64,000 nucleotides of DNA, from the IMG/VR virus record IMGVR_UViG_3300049448_000712, one strand, 5' to 3'. The notes under the pieces were generated by a model. The model was given only the letters and a program-made list of their open reading frames with translations, had not been told where the DNA came from and ran no database searches. Each line of letters starts with the position of its first letter. Within the stretch, counting starts at the first letter, position 1. The translations under genes were made by a program, and so were the position numbers. This document shows positions 18,110-26,708 of the stretch, piece after piece. The stretch comes from a virus.

Positions 18110-18372
18110 TGAAGACCTTCCCGATCATGGCGGTACGCGATGGCCATCGCGCCAAGACGAAGGACTTCACGATCCCTTGGGCGCTGATCGCCCCTCACGA
18201 GAAGCAAGCGCAGCGGAATCATTACCAGACGCTCGAGAGGCTGGCGGAGCGTGGTGGTCTCTCGGCGCGGGAAGCGCTCGCCGTCATCGAAGACCGGCCC
18301 TTCGGAGACTGCCTTGAAGATGAGGAAGCCGAGTTGATGCTTGCCTCTCTGGCGCAACCCCACGTAATGTAG
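18109..18372 (+). CDS. hypothetical protein
   Basis: ATG overlaps the upstream stop. Confidence 0.4.
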   Translation: MKTFPIMAVRDGHRAKTKDFTIPWALIAPHEKQAQRNHYQTLERLAERGGLSAREALAVIEDRPFGDCLEDEEAELMLASLAQPHVM

Positions 18373-18398
18373 AGCTCGGTGGCGCCAAGGAGACTCTC

Positions 18399-18620
18399 AT
18401 GGCGCGGAAGAAGCATCGTCGTTCTCGTCACGCTCGTTGCAAGTACGGCAAGCTGAAGCACCCGCGCGGTCGGCGGATCTGTCGCGTGCGTCCGTCGCGT
18501 CGGCGTCGTCCGCTGACGAGCTCGCGTCGCGAAGCGATCAAGTACGAGCGCGACCTCGAGCGCGAGATGATCGCCCGCCACAAGGCGTCGCTCGGCCGGC
18601 TGCGTCGGCGCCGTCGCTAA
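18399..18620 (+). CDS. small highly basic protein, copy 1 of the CKYGKLKHPRGRRIC family
   Basis: RBS aaggag upstream. The protein is about 40% Arg/Lys. Confidence 0.45.
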   Translation: MARKKHRRSRHARCKYGKLKHPRGRRICRVRPSRRRRPLTSSRREAIKYERDLEREMIARHKASLGRLRRRRR

Positions 18621-18644
18621 CCCGTTCCCCCGGAGACCACCAAC

Positions 18645-18824
18645 ATGGCTCGTCGGCGTTGCAAGTACGGGAAGCTGAAGCACCCGCGCGGTCGTCGCAT
18701 CTGCAGGCTCCGCCCCACGCGGCGGAAGCGCTGGAGCGAGAGCCGGCGCTACAAGAAGGACCTGCAGCGCGAGTTCGATCGCCGTGAGAACGCGGCGATG
18801 GGTCGGCACCGGAAGAGGCGGTAG
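18645..18824 (+). CDS. small highly basic protein, copy 2 (tandem paralog)
   Basis: RBS ggagaccaccaacATG. Shares the motif RCKYGKLKHPRGRRICR with copy 1. Confidence 0.45.
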   Translation: MARRRCKYGKLKHPRGRRICRLRPTRRKRWSESRRYKKDLQREFDRRENAAMGRHRKRR

Positions 18825-18827
18825 CCC

Positions 18828-19568
18828 GTGGCCTTCTACGGAAACCGCGCGCTGCGCGGCAGCCTGGGCGCCTTCGGAGCGTTCGCCGGCGGAGGTCGCC
18901 CCATCTTCGGGCCCTTCGCTTTCGCAGAGTCGTGGAGCTCGGACGACTTCGAGAGCGCCACCCAGTTCACCAACTGGGTGAAGCCGTTCCTCGATCAGGT
19001 CGCACGCACGGACCTCACGTTCTCGCCGCTGAGCGCTTTCACCAAGGCTCGAGCGGAGGCGAACTACAACCTCTGGGCGAAGGCGGCGCTCAACGGAGAC
19101 CCCCAGGCGCAGGCGTACAAGGACAGCATCGACTCGCAGATGACTTCGCTCATCCATCAAGCCGACTCGCTCTCCCTGTCCGGCGCGAACGGCCACCGCA
19201 GCGAGGGCACGGAGGTCGCGCGGTACGACGCGTTCAACTCCATCATCGCCCTTGCCTCGCAGCTCGCTTCGTCTTCTCCGTCGCCCGTGGCGCCGAAAGC
19301 GAACGTGGATCTCACCGGCCGGGTGTTGGTGGGCAGCGACACGAGCTCGGGCGGCACCGCCGCGAGCAAGGCGCAGGCTGCGGCGACAGGTGGCGACATC
19401 GTCACCAACGGCTCCCTGCAGCAAGGGAACCCCTTGCCCTCGAGCGGCCCGCCGTGGGCGCTCATCATCGGCCTGGGCAGCGTGGCCCTCGTCGGGGGAG
19501 TGATGCTCCTGCGGCGGCACAAGGCCGCGTCCGTGAGCGGGTACCGACGTCGAAGGAGCCACCGATGA
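18828..19568 (+). CDS. membrane protein with C-terminal GPPW-TM-GYRRRxRR tail
   Basis: C-terminus ...GPPWALIIGLGSVALVGGVMLLRRHKAASVSGYRRRRSHR; GTG start. Confidence 0.5.
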   Translation: MAFYGNRALRGSLGAFGAFAGGGRPIFGPFAFAESWSSDDFESATQFTNWVKPFLDQVARTDLTFSPLSAFTKARAEANYNLWAKAALNGDPQAQAYKDSIDSQMTSLIHQADSLSLSGANGHRSEGTEVARYDAFNSIIALASQLASSSPSPVAPKANVDLTGRVLVGSDTSSGGTAASKAQAAATGGDIVTNGSLQQGNPLPSSGPPWALIIGLGSVALVGGVMLLRRHKAASVSGYRRRRSHR

Positions 19569-19918
19569 GACGCCTGGGGCGGCACTACTTCGGCGAGGGA
19601 GTTGCGCCCAGCGACGCGGCTGTCGCTGACGCGGGCCCGGCGTCCGGGGACTACTCGGACCCGTACGCCTGGAACCCGAACTGGAACCAGCCGACGCCGA
19701 CGACGGGCGCGACCGTCAGGACGCCGGCTGGCATGGTGCCGCAGCTGCTGGCGGACCCGAGCCAGGTCGACATCAACCCCGACGGCACGCCGACGTACCT
19801 CGCTGCTCCAGGCCTGCCGAGCTGGGTGCTGCCGGTGGCGATCGGCGCCGGGGCCTTCCTGCTGCTGGGCGGCGGGGCTCTCATTTGGGGCGTGAGTCGT
19901 CGGAAGCGGAGGCGCTGA
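19564..19918 (+). CDS. membrane protein with C-terminal TM plus poly-Arg tail
   Basis: C-terminus ...PGLPSWVLPVAIGAGAFLLLGGGALIWGVSRRKRRR. Confidence 0.5.
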
Positions 19919-20253
19919 TGGCGCTCTACAAGTTGGACCGGATGGGGCTCGTCGCGGCCGGCGCGAGCACGGTGCTGTTCAGCAAGTCACCGATGCTCAG
20001 GGTGAACGTGCCTTCGATCAGCCCTGCCGCGCCGCTGTCCGCCCCTGTCAACACGCCGGGGCCGGTCGACAGCGCTGCAGTCACCGCCTCGGGGGCAGCG
20101 AGCGGCGACCCTGGCGCGATGTCCGATGGTCCTCCCTGGGGGCTGATCGTCGGCCTGGGGCTCGCTGGCGTGGCGGCCATCGGCGGCGTGGTGTATTGGC
20201 GCCGTCGGAAGAAGAGCTCGACAGCCGGCTACCGGCGCCGAGCGCGTCGGTGA
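19918..20253 (+). CDS. membrane protein with C-terminal GPPW-TM-GYRRRxRR tail
   Basis: C-terminus ...GPPWGLIVGLGLAGVAAIGGVVYWRRRKKSSTAGYRRRARR. Confidence 0.5.
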   Translation: MALYKLDRMGLVAAGASTVLFSKSPMLRVNVPSISPAAPLSAPVNTPGPVDSAAVTASGAASGDPGAMSDGPPWGLIVGLGLAGVAAIGGVVYWRRRKKSSTAGYRRRARR

Positions 20254-20492
20254 GCTCCGAGATCGACGAGGAGCTGCGGCTGCGCATCGAGGCGGCCGAG
20301 CTCCGGCTCTCCGCCGCCGAGGCGCGGCAGGCTCGCATCGAGCGCATGCTGCTGGACCACGAGGGCGAGCACCGAACCACGAACAAGCTCCTCACCGCGC
20401 TCTCAGGGCACGTGGAGTCGCTCAACGGCCGAGTTGCGTCGCTGGTCGAGGCTGTGCTGCAGATCGCTGCTCCAAAAAAGCCGCAGCCCTGA
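20250..20492 (+). CDS. coiled-coil hypothetical protein
   Basis: High GC3. GTG overlaps the upstream TGA. It converges on and overlaps the 3' end of the gene at 20403..20783. Confidence 0.35.
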   Translation: MSSEIDEELRLRIEAAELRLSAAEARQARIERMLLDHEGEHRTTNKLLTALSGHVESLNGRVASLVEAVLQIAAPKKPQP

Positions 20493-20783
20493 CGAGTCGG
20501 TGAACGGGCCGAGCTTCCACGCTCCCGCTCGCTGGCACTTCTCGCAGTAGCCGGAGCGGTTGCCGCGATTGAGCGTCTTGCTGCAGCCGCTGCAGGCCCG
20601 GCGCTCGAGTGGGGGAGGGACGTAGCCGTTGAGCACCGCGATGCGCTCGACAGCTCGTCTGCTTTTGAGCCGCTGGCAGTAGGAGCACACGCCCTTCGTG
20701 TTTCGTGCGGTGAGCTCTTGGACGCAGCCGGGCATAGAGCAGACCCCGACTTTGGCTCGCACGTAGCCCTTGGCGACGCTCAT
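20403..20783 (-). CDS. Cys-rich zinc-ribbon protein
   Basis: Several CxxC pairs (CSMPGC, CSYCQ, CSGCS, CEKCQ). Confidence 0.4.
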   Translation of the reverse strand: MSVAKGYVRAKVGVCSMPGCVQELTARNTKGVCSYCQRLKSRRAVERIAVLNGYVPPPLERRACSGCSKTLNRGNRSGYCEKCQRAGAWKLGPFTDSSGLRLFWSSDLQHSLDQRRNSAVERLHVP

Positions 20784-20926
20784 CAGGGCCGCGCTCCTTT
20801 CAGCGTGCCAAAGTCGAACACGAGACCGATGCAGGGGAAAGGAAGCACGTAGAGCCTGCGGTTCTTCTGGTCCCAGAACGCACCGACCCAAAGGTCGTAC
20901 CAGGCAAAGAGGGGCCGCACCTTCAT
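20783..20926 (-). CDS. small hypothetical protein (47 aa)
   Basis: ATGA overlap with the upstream gene; hydrophobic. Confidence 0.3.
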   Translation of the reverse strand: MKVRPLFAWYDLWVGAFWDQKNRRLYVLPFPCIGLVFDFGTLKGARP

Positions 20927-21195
20927 CGTGCTCCGCCCTTGTTCGTGAGCGCGTCGACCTCGTCGACCGCCATGCGCAGCAGCCGCAAGGGAGCGTCGTT
21001 GCCCTTGGCCTCGTAGTACCCGGCGACCGGGGCGTAAGCGAGGCCTTCCACGAATCGGGCGAGGCTGTTCGCCTTGTCGACGAGGAGGTCGTAGCGCTTC
21101 TTCTGCACTTCGAGCTCGAGCTCGGAGCAGAGAGAGCAATGCCCGTCGACCTCGACCGCGTCGAGCTTCTCCTCGAACTTGTGCGGGCAGGTCAT
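20923..21195 (-). CDS. hypothetical protein
   Basis: ORF carrying a CPHK...CSLC Cys pair. Confidence 0.4.
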   Translation of the reverse strand: MTCPHKFEEKLDAVEVDGHCSLCSELELEVQKKRYDLLVDKANSLARFVEGLAYAPVAGYYEAKGNDAPLRLLRMAVDEVDALTNKGGAR

Positions 21196-21479
21196 CGGCG
21201 CGGCCCGTGCTCTTTCATGATCTGGTTGAAGAACTCGTGCCCTTCATCGCTGAGCTTCTCGAGGATCTGCGCCGCGTGCAGCTCCTCGAACTTCGTCGAG
21301 GCGTCGTTCACGATCTTGAAGCATTCGATGAAGCCCGCGTAGAACGCCTTGCGCATGTCCTGCCGCTGGCCGTCGGAGGCGCCGAGCGGGAGCACGACGC
21401 CCGCGAAGTGCGTCCATAGGTGCGCGATGGAGAGATCCTCGGGCTTGATGACGTCGAAGTAGTTGGGCTGTGGGCTCAT
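21192..21479 (-). CDS. hypothetical protein
   Basis: Internal Met taken as the start; the N-terminal Arg-rich extension is probably out-of-frame read-through. Confidence 0.4.
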   Translation of the reverse strand: MSPQPNYFDVIKPEDLSIAHLWTHFAGVVLPLGASDGQRQDMRKAFYAGFIECFKIVNDASTKFEELHAAQILEKLSDEGHEFFNQIMKEHGPRR

Positions 21480-21679
21480 GGGTCTTTTCTTTCTTCGATG
21501 ACGAGGCGCATCACGCCCGTCACCGGCATGGCGTCGAGCCAAACGTCGATGTTGTCGCCGCTTTCGTCCGACACTGCATTGCCGATGACGCGGTCATGCC
21601 GCTCCTCTCCGACGAGCGGAAGCCGATGATCCGCGGAGCAGACGACCTTGTAGCGGTTGTAGTAGTTGCGTTCTTTGCT
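21476..21679 (-). CDS. hypothetical protein
   Basis: ORF in the leftward operon. Confidence 0.35.
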   Translation of the reverse strand, partial: SKERNYYNRYKVVCSADHRLPLVGEERHDRVIGNAVSDESGDNIDVWLDAMPVTGVMRLVIEERKDP

Positions 21680-21810
21680 CATCGCCGGAACCAGAGCCCC
21701 TTCAGCACGCACTGCTCATCGCAGATGAACTCGCTCTGGCAGTACGGGCAGCAGCTTTGTCGTACGCGAAGCTTCTCCAGCAGCGCGATGAGAATTGCCT
21801 CGGGCGTCAT
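21679..21810 (-). CDS. small Cys-rich protein (43 aa)
   Basis: SCCPYCQSEFICDEQC. Confidence 0.3.
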   Translation of the reverse strand: MTPEAILIALLEKLRVRQSCCPYCQSEFICDEQCVLKGLWFRR

Positions 21811-22118
21811 CGCTTCTCCATCTTCCGCAGCGCCTTCTCGTAGAGCGCCTTGATGCCGGCCGCCGAGGTCTCGCTCGAGCGCGCCAGCTCCTCGTCTTGG
21901 TATGTGAAGATGAGCGTGGGGACCGCTTTCACGTTCCACTTGTCGGCGAAGGCCTCCCAGCGCTTGTTGCCGCCGGCCTCCACGTCGTCGTGTACCTCGA
22001 TCTTCACGTCGGGGTGCTCGTCCGCGAACTTCTCGAGCGTGCCGCGCTTCGCGAGCGCCAGGCAGGGACCGCACCAAGCTGCTCCGATCTTCAACAACGT
22101 CAACTTCGCCATGTTCAA
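21807..22118 (-). CDS. thioredoxin
   Basis: WCGPC active-site motif in a ~100-aa protein. Confidence 0.8.
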   Translation of the reverse strand: MNMAKLTLLKIGAAWCGPCLALAKRGTLEKFADEHPDVKIEVHDDVEAGGNKRWEAFADKWNVKAVPTLIFTYQDEELARSSETSAAGIKALYEKALRKMEKR

Positions 22119-22124
22119 CCTCCG

Positions 22125-22490
22125 TTAGTGCAGCAGTGAAAGTTGCTCTTCGAGCCACGTGAGCTCGTCGGCGCCGCTGGGGATGCCGTACTTCTCGCAG
22201 AGCCGTCGTAGGTCCAGCACCTGGTGTTTCGTCTCGGCGGTGGCCGTCATGCTGGTGAGCTCGGCGCGGAGATGCGCCTCGCGCTCTTCCATGCGGCCGA
22301 TCTCCGCGCGCAGGCCGTCGCGGGCCGAGGTCATCTCGACGAGTTGAGCGTGGTTCTTGCGGTTCAACTCGAAGAGCTCGTGGTACTCGGCCTTGAGCGC
22401 TTCACGTTCTGCCAACTGCCCAGCGACCCAGTCGATGATGTGGGCGGAATCGGCGATGCGCCGCGCTTTCTCGTATTCGTCAGCGTTCAT
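22125..22490 (-). CDS. coiled-coil hypothetical protein
   Basis: ORF. Confidence 0.4.
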   Translation of the reverse strand: MNADEYEKARRIADSAHIIDWVAGQLAEREALKAEYHELFELNRKNHAQLVEMTSARDGLRAEIGRMEEREAHLRAELTSMTATAETKHQVLDLRRLCEKYGIPSGADELTWLEEQLSLLH

Positions 22491-22749
22491 GAACGGCTCC
22501 TTTCGCAGCCTTCCAGGCCTTCCACGCCAGCGCGGGAGTCAGATGGATCGCCGTGTGCTGGGCGACGCTCGTGGCGCCGCCATCGACTGTGCCGCCGTAG
22601 TCCACGATGTGGAGCTGCCAGTCGTGGTGCGTGCCGACGTAGTGCTTCGCCTCGGGGTGGTCCGGGTGAGGCTCGCCGACCTTCCACTGTGTCTCCGTGG
22701 AAGCGACGACGACCTCGAGCTCTTCAAGCATGCGTGCTGAATTGAACAC
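22480..22749 (-). CDS. hypothetical protein
   Basis: GTG start with RBS AGAGGAG 5 nt upstream. Confidence 0.4.
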   Translation of the reverse strand: MFNSARMLEELEVVVASTETQWKVGEPHPDHPEAKHYVGTHHDWQLHIVDYGGTVDGGATSVAQHTAIHLTPALAWKAWKAAKGAVHER

Positions 22750-22755
22750 TTTGTC

Positions 22756-22819
22756 TCCTCTCTCGCCCTCATCGTCCGCGATGAGAGAAAGAGAGGAGGC
22801 CCGAGTTACGGCTCGGGCC
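22756..22819. terminator. two adjacent hairpins: imperfect IR at 22756-22797 (CTCCTCTCT...CTCATCG-TCCG-CGATGAG...AGAGAGGAG) and GGCCCGAG-TTACGG-CTCGGGCC at 22798-22819
   Basis: Read directly. They sit between the leftward genes 22904..23272 and 22480..22749 and overlap the RBS of the downstream gene. Confidence 0.35.
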
Positions 22820-22903
22820 CCCAATGCCGGTCACGCGCGGAGGGCCGGCACCCCTGGACGACCTCGACCCCCGGAGACCGAGGGGGAGGCCTTGACGCAG
22901 CCG

Positions 22904-23272
22904 CTATTCTGCATGGTCTCGAAGATCCTCAAAGGCCTCTCTGACGCCCTCGGTGATTTTGTCGATGTCGCCCTTCGTGAGGTTGCCCTCGAGCCGCCCG
23001 GCCTCGAGCTTCACCACGTGCTTCAGCATCTTCTCCGTGGCGTTCTTCACGGCGGCCTTGAGGTCCTTGCAGGTCTCCTTGCTTTCTTCGGCCAGGGTGA
23101 GCGCTGCGTCGCGCTCTTTCTCCACCTTGTCGTTGGCCTCGGCGATGTCAGCGAGCTCCTCGAACAGCACCCGCCATTCCCAGGGCGCCTCGAGCGCGTA
23201 GTCGCGAAGGACCTGAATGTCGTGCTCACAGAGCGAGTCGCGAACGTGGGTGTTGAGCATCGAGGTCGTCAT
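22904..23272 (-). CDS. hypothetical protein
   Basis: Internal Met start (MTTSMLNTHV...). The upstream extension is Arg/Pro-rich and probably artefactual. Confidence 0.4.
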   Translation of the reverse strand: MTTSMLNTHVRDSLCEHDIQVLRDYALEAPWEWRVLFEELADIAEANDKVEKERDAALTLAEESKETCKDLKAAVKNATEKMLKHVVKLEAGRLEGNLTKGDIDKITEGVREAFEDLRDHAE

Positions 23273-23655
23273 GGGGTCTCGGACTTCGCAAGTCGAGCGA
23301 TGAAGTGGTCCACTTCGCAAATGCGCTGGGTGACGAGCGAGATCTCTTCGTTCACTGCCGCGATGAGCGCGACAACGAGGTTTTCGAGATGGCCGACAGC
23401 GTGCGTTCGCTGGACGCGAGTGCCGCGGACGAGCAGGAGCTCTTGATCGACAGTGATGAGCATCAGATGCCAAGCGTTGTCGTTTTTCGCCCACGCCAAC
23501 CAGAGGTTCTCCATAACTTGCACTCGTGCGGGCACTGGGAAATGCATCTCTAGCAACTGTTGCTCGGCTGCAATAATGCGCTGGTTGAGATCGTCGGTGG
23601 CGGCGTTGAGCATGGCGATCTGTTTTTTGGCTGCGGCCATTTGCTCAGGCGTCAC
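23269..23655 (-). CDS. hypothetical protein
   Basis: ORF. Confidence 0.4.
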   Translation of the reverse strand: MTPEQMAAAKKQIAMLNAATDDLNQRIIAAEQQLLEMHFPVPARVQVMENLWLAWAKNDNAWHLMLITVDQELLLVRGTRVQRTHAVGHLENLVVALIAAVNEEISLVTQRICEVDHFIARLAKSETP

Positions 23656-23834
23656 GGCTTCTTCACTCCAGCTGCGACCTCGACCACCTTCTCCATCGCC
23701 GGCCCGACCTCGATAGAGATCTCCAGCATCTTCTTCACCGCGACCGGGTTCTTCGGCCCGGCCTTCTGGGCGGTCGCGATGAAGCGGTCTACCGCATCAC
23801 GCAGCACTGCGATCTTCTGCTCGAGCTCGGTCAT
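23652..23834 (-). CDS. small hypothetical protein
   Basis: Internal start MTELEQK. Confidence 0.3.
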   Translation of the reverse strand: MTELEQKIAVLRDAVDRFIATAQKAGPKNPVAVKKMLEISIEVGPAMEKVVEVAAGVKKP

Positions 23835-24097
23835 TTTTTCTCCTTGAAGATGTCGATGATGGAGTCTGCCAGGCGGTGGGTGTTCCGCGCGTTCTTTGAG
23901 ACCTGCTCCTGCACGGTGAGCTCCTGCTGCGGCGTGTACTTGAGCAGCGCCCAGCAGCGCTGGATCTCGTTCATCATCAGGTGCTCGTCCTCGATGCGCC
24001 GGCGAACCTCTGGGCTGAGCGGGAACTCCTGGCGCTGCAGCGGCCCCTGGTACGCCTTGAGCCGGCGCTGGATGCGATCGATGTCGGTTTGGGTCAT
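23831..24097 (-). CDS. hypothetical protein
   Basis: Internal start MTQTDIDRIQ. Confidence 0.35.
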   Translation of the reverse strand: MTQTDIDRIQRRLKAYQGPLQRQEFPLSPEVRRRIEDEHLMMNEIQRCWALLKYTPQQELTVQEQVSKNARNTHRLADSIIDIFKEKK

Positions 24098-24327
24098 CGA
24101 TTGCCTCGGCGATCCAACTCCATGGCAAGCCGGCGTGCCGCGAGTTGTATGCGGCGCCGGGACGGTAGGTCTGTGACGCCGCCCAGCAGCCACCCCGCTT
24201 CGGTGCCTTTGAACACGAGCAACTCGTTGAGCAGCATCTGGGCGGCGACTCTCATCACGTAGCGCCGCGCCTGCCCGTTGCTCATGAGCACGTGCGCGCC
24301 ATCCGCGTTGTCGGCAAGGAGCGTCAT
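24094..24327 (-). CDS. hypothetical protein
   Basis: Internal start MTLLADN. Confidence 0.3.
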   Translation of the reverse strand: MTLLADNADGAHVLMSNGQARRYVMRVAAQMLLNELLVFKGTEAGWLLGGVTDLPSRRRIQLAARRLAMELDRRGNR

Positions 24328-24494
24328 TTCGTTTTCCGCTTCTGCGGGCGGCACCGTTCGCACAGGTCCTTCTCGTCTGACAACAGCCACCCTTGCTTCT
24401 TGCAGACAGCGAGCGTCCAACGTGCGTCGCATTTGTCGCAGCGGGCGAGCTCGTAGCGCTCGAAGGTTTCGCTCATGACGGTTTCGCGGCTCAT
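24324..24494 (-). CDS. small zinc-ribbon protein
   Basis: CDKCDARW...CERC. Confidence 0.3.
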   Translation of the reverse strand: MSRETVMSETFERYELARCDKCDARWTLAVCKKQGWLLSDEKDLCERCRPQKRKTK

Positions 24495-24783
24495 GGCGTT
24501 GGCAGGTACTTCATGTCTTCGTTGATGGTGTGCAGCTCCGCCTTGACGCGTTGAATGATCGTCGCCTTGGCCATTTGGTGGCTCGCGTTCGGTGCCGAGG
24601 TGATCTCGATGCGCAGCGCGTGGCAGCGAAGGAGCCACTTGTCTGCCGGCAGTAGGATGTGACGCGTTACGATGAGCTCAAGCCTGCCCAACTGGAGCAC
24701 CCAGGTGCGCGGCGTCTTGCGCGCCTCCGCATCGTCGGACTTCGACCATGAGGTAATGTCCTTCCACTGCAGCGTCACGCGCT

Positions 24784-25020
24784 TCACGAGCGCACCCGCT
24801 GGCCGCTGGCGGTGACGTACTCGTGCTTCCGTTGCACCCGACACACGAAGCCGAAATCGGCGAGATCGAGTCGGTGCCTTGGACAGAGGTAGAGCGCGTC
24901 GTTGAGTCGACTGGTGATGACCGCCCACCCATCGCTGTGCGGTGTCTCCTGCTCAAGGTTGAACAGCGACACCGAGCAACGGCATCCGCGGACTGCGCAA
25001 CGACAGCGTTTCTGAGCCAT
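24784..25020 (-). CDS. Cys-rich small protein
   Basis: CRCAVRGCRC...CPRH. Confidence 0.3.
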   Translation of the reverse strand: MAQKRCRCAVRGCRCSVSLFNLEQETPHSDGWAVITSRLNDALYLCPRHRLDLADFGFVCRVQRKHEYVTASGQRVRS

Positions 25021-25072
25021 GTCTCCCTCAAAAGCGGCACCGTCCCCAGCGCCGATGAAACGCTTCTATGGC

Positions 25073-25303
25073 CTATTGGCCATGACTGTCAAGCCACTCG
25101 AGCTCGAGCTCTTCCCACGGCCGGAAGGCGGGCTTCATGCTCGCTTTCTGGTGGTACTGCACGCGCTCCATCGCCCTGTCGAGCGAGCGCTGCAGGTCCG
25201 TCGGCAGCACGCCTTGGCGCGCGAGGAACAGCGTGAGCTGCTCGTCGTTCGCGGTGGTGGGGTCAAACGCTTCGTCTTCGGGGCTCATATTTCCCATGTC
25301 CAT
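25073..25303 (-). CDS. hypothetical protein
   Basis: ORF. Confidence 0.35.
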   Translation of the reverse strand: MDMGNMSPEDEAFDPTTANDEQLTLFLARQGVLPTDLQRSLDRAMERVQYHQKASMKPAFRPWEELELEWLDSHGQ

Positions 25304-26559
25304 ACGTGGAGCTCGCGGCCATCGATGACGACGACGCCGACCTCTTCACCAAAGTCTTCCTCTCGCACGTCGGCGAGGTCCCAGTCCACCTCGAGCGCTT
25401 CGTTCCACCGTCGCGGGTTCACGTAGTGGCCGTCATCGTCGGGCGTGTGCGTGCTCTGGAGATCGATGGTGTACGCCTCCCCGGTGAGTGGGCGCTCGGC
25501 CGCGACGAACGTCGTGCCCTGCGGAAACCGGGGCTCGTCGCGGTACGGATCCCTCTCCTCTTCTTCCTCTTCGTCGGGCACCAGGGCGTAGACGTACTCG
25601 CCGCCTTCGCCGACGTACAGGTACCCGTGCTCTTCGCCGAGGTCGGCTTCGCAGAAGCGGCACTTTTCATGCGGGTACTCGCCGTAGAGCGTGTCGTGGT
25701 CGGTGCAAACGCGGTCGCGCTCGTCTTCGCGTTCCTCGTCGTTCCAGTTCTTGAACGGACACTCCACCTCGGGGTTGTACGAGCCGCCGTGCACGCGCTG
25801 CCAGAGCTCATTCGTCTTGAGATCCACGAACGCGATGTCGAGCTCGTTCTGGTACCCGCCGCCATACGTGTAGAGCGTGCGGAACCTCGTGTCGGTGCGA
25901 TTGACCTGCCGCTCGAGTTGGCGCTCCAGATACTCCGGTGGATAGTCCAGCCAGAGGCCGAATTCGACGGGCTCACGAGTGTTGTAGAAGAGCTCACCCT
26001 CGAGCCCGACCCAGGGCGCGTCGTCGTGCTCGGCCTGCAGCACAGCGCGCTGAACGGCCTGGCGCTCGTCGACAGCGAACGGGTACGGGGGAACGGGGCC
26101 TTGGTGGTCTCTCAGCGTCTCCCAGTCAGGCCACACGTGCCAAGTCTCGCTTGACGACGTGCGAAACCTCACCATGCCGGGGTGGCTGTCAACGCGCGCC
26201 GGCCGCCCGGGGCTGGCGAGCTCCACAGCGACGACCGCCTGCATGCCGCTGTTTGGGTCGTCGACTTGAACGTGCACGAGACGGGTTGAGGGCTCGTCGT
26301 ACGAGAGCCACTGCACGCGCAGCGGCTTCGTTTCGAGGTTTCCCTGCTCGCGGAGCACCTCTTCCATGTGCATGAGAAGGACGCGGTGCGCGTTGAGCTC
26401 CTTGAACGCCTCGACGACCGGCTCCGGCTCGATGCCCTGCTCGAGCAGCCAGTCGGTGAAGATGCGGAGCACACCTGGGTCCTTCTCTTTGGCCCAGTCT
26501 TTCAGGAAGGCCTGGGGCAGCCGCTGCTCAAGGAGGGCTGCGATCTCGTCGTCGCTCAC
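25285..26559 (-). CDS. large acidic hypothetical protein (424 aa)
   Basis: Long ORF with coding-like composition. Contains a Cys cluster CPFKNW...CTDHD...CRFCEAD and a poly-Glu stretch. Confidence 0.55.
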   Translation of the reverse strand: MSDDEIAALLEQRLPQAFLKDWAKEKDPGVLRIFTDWLLEQGIEPEPVVEAFKELNAHRVLLMHMEEVLREQGNLETKPLRVQWLSYDEPSTRLVHVQVDDPNSGMQAVVAVELASPGRPARVDSHPGMVRFRTSSSETWHVWPDWETLRDHQGPVPPYPFAVDERQAVQRAVLQAEHDDAPWVGLEGELFYNTREPVEFGLWLDYPPEYLERQLERQVNRTDTRFRTLYTYGGGYQNELDIAFVDLKTNELWQRVHGGSYNPEVECPFKNWNDEEREDERDRVCTDHDTLYGEYPHEKCRFCEADLGEEHGYLYVGEGGEYVYALVPDEEEEEERDPYRDEPRFPQGTTFVAAERPLTGEAYTIDLQSTHTPDDDGHYVNPRRWNEALEVDWDLADVREEDFGEEVGVVVIDGRELHVWTWEI

Positions 26560-26708
26560 GCTGTTCTTTCTACCACGGCTGTCAGACGTGTCGTTGTGCT
26601 ACGTCTCCTTCTCGCGACCGCCCGGCCGCCGATGCCCTACACGCTGCCCTTCACCGGGCAACCGATTGCGGATCGATTCGTGGCTTCGTCACTCGGGCGG
26701 TCGCGTCC

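Noticed and set aside
18399-18824. Possible CRISPR or short tandem repeat (repeated CKYGKLKHPRGRRIC-encoding segment)
   Set aside because: There are only two direct copies, each inside its own ORF with its own RBS. This is protein-coding duplication with no repeat-spacer periodicity. No CRISPR array was seen anywhere in the window.
18222-19562. 446-aa minus-strand ORF and 18932..19918 + alternative-frame ORF over the tail-family genes
   Set aside because: Low-complexity R/A/G/P-rich translations. The chosen frames give coherent TM plus Arg-tail proteins with conserved motifs.
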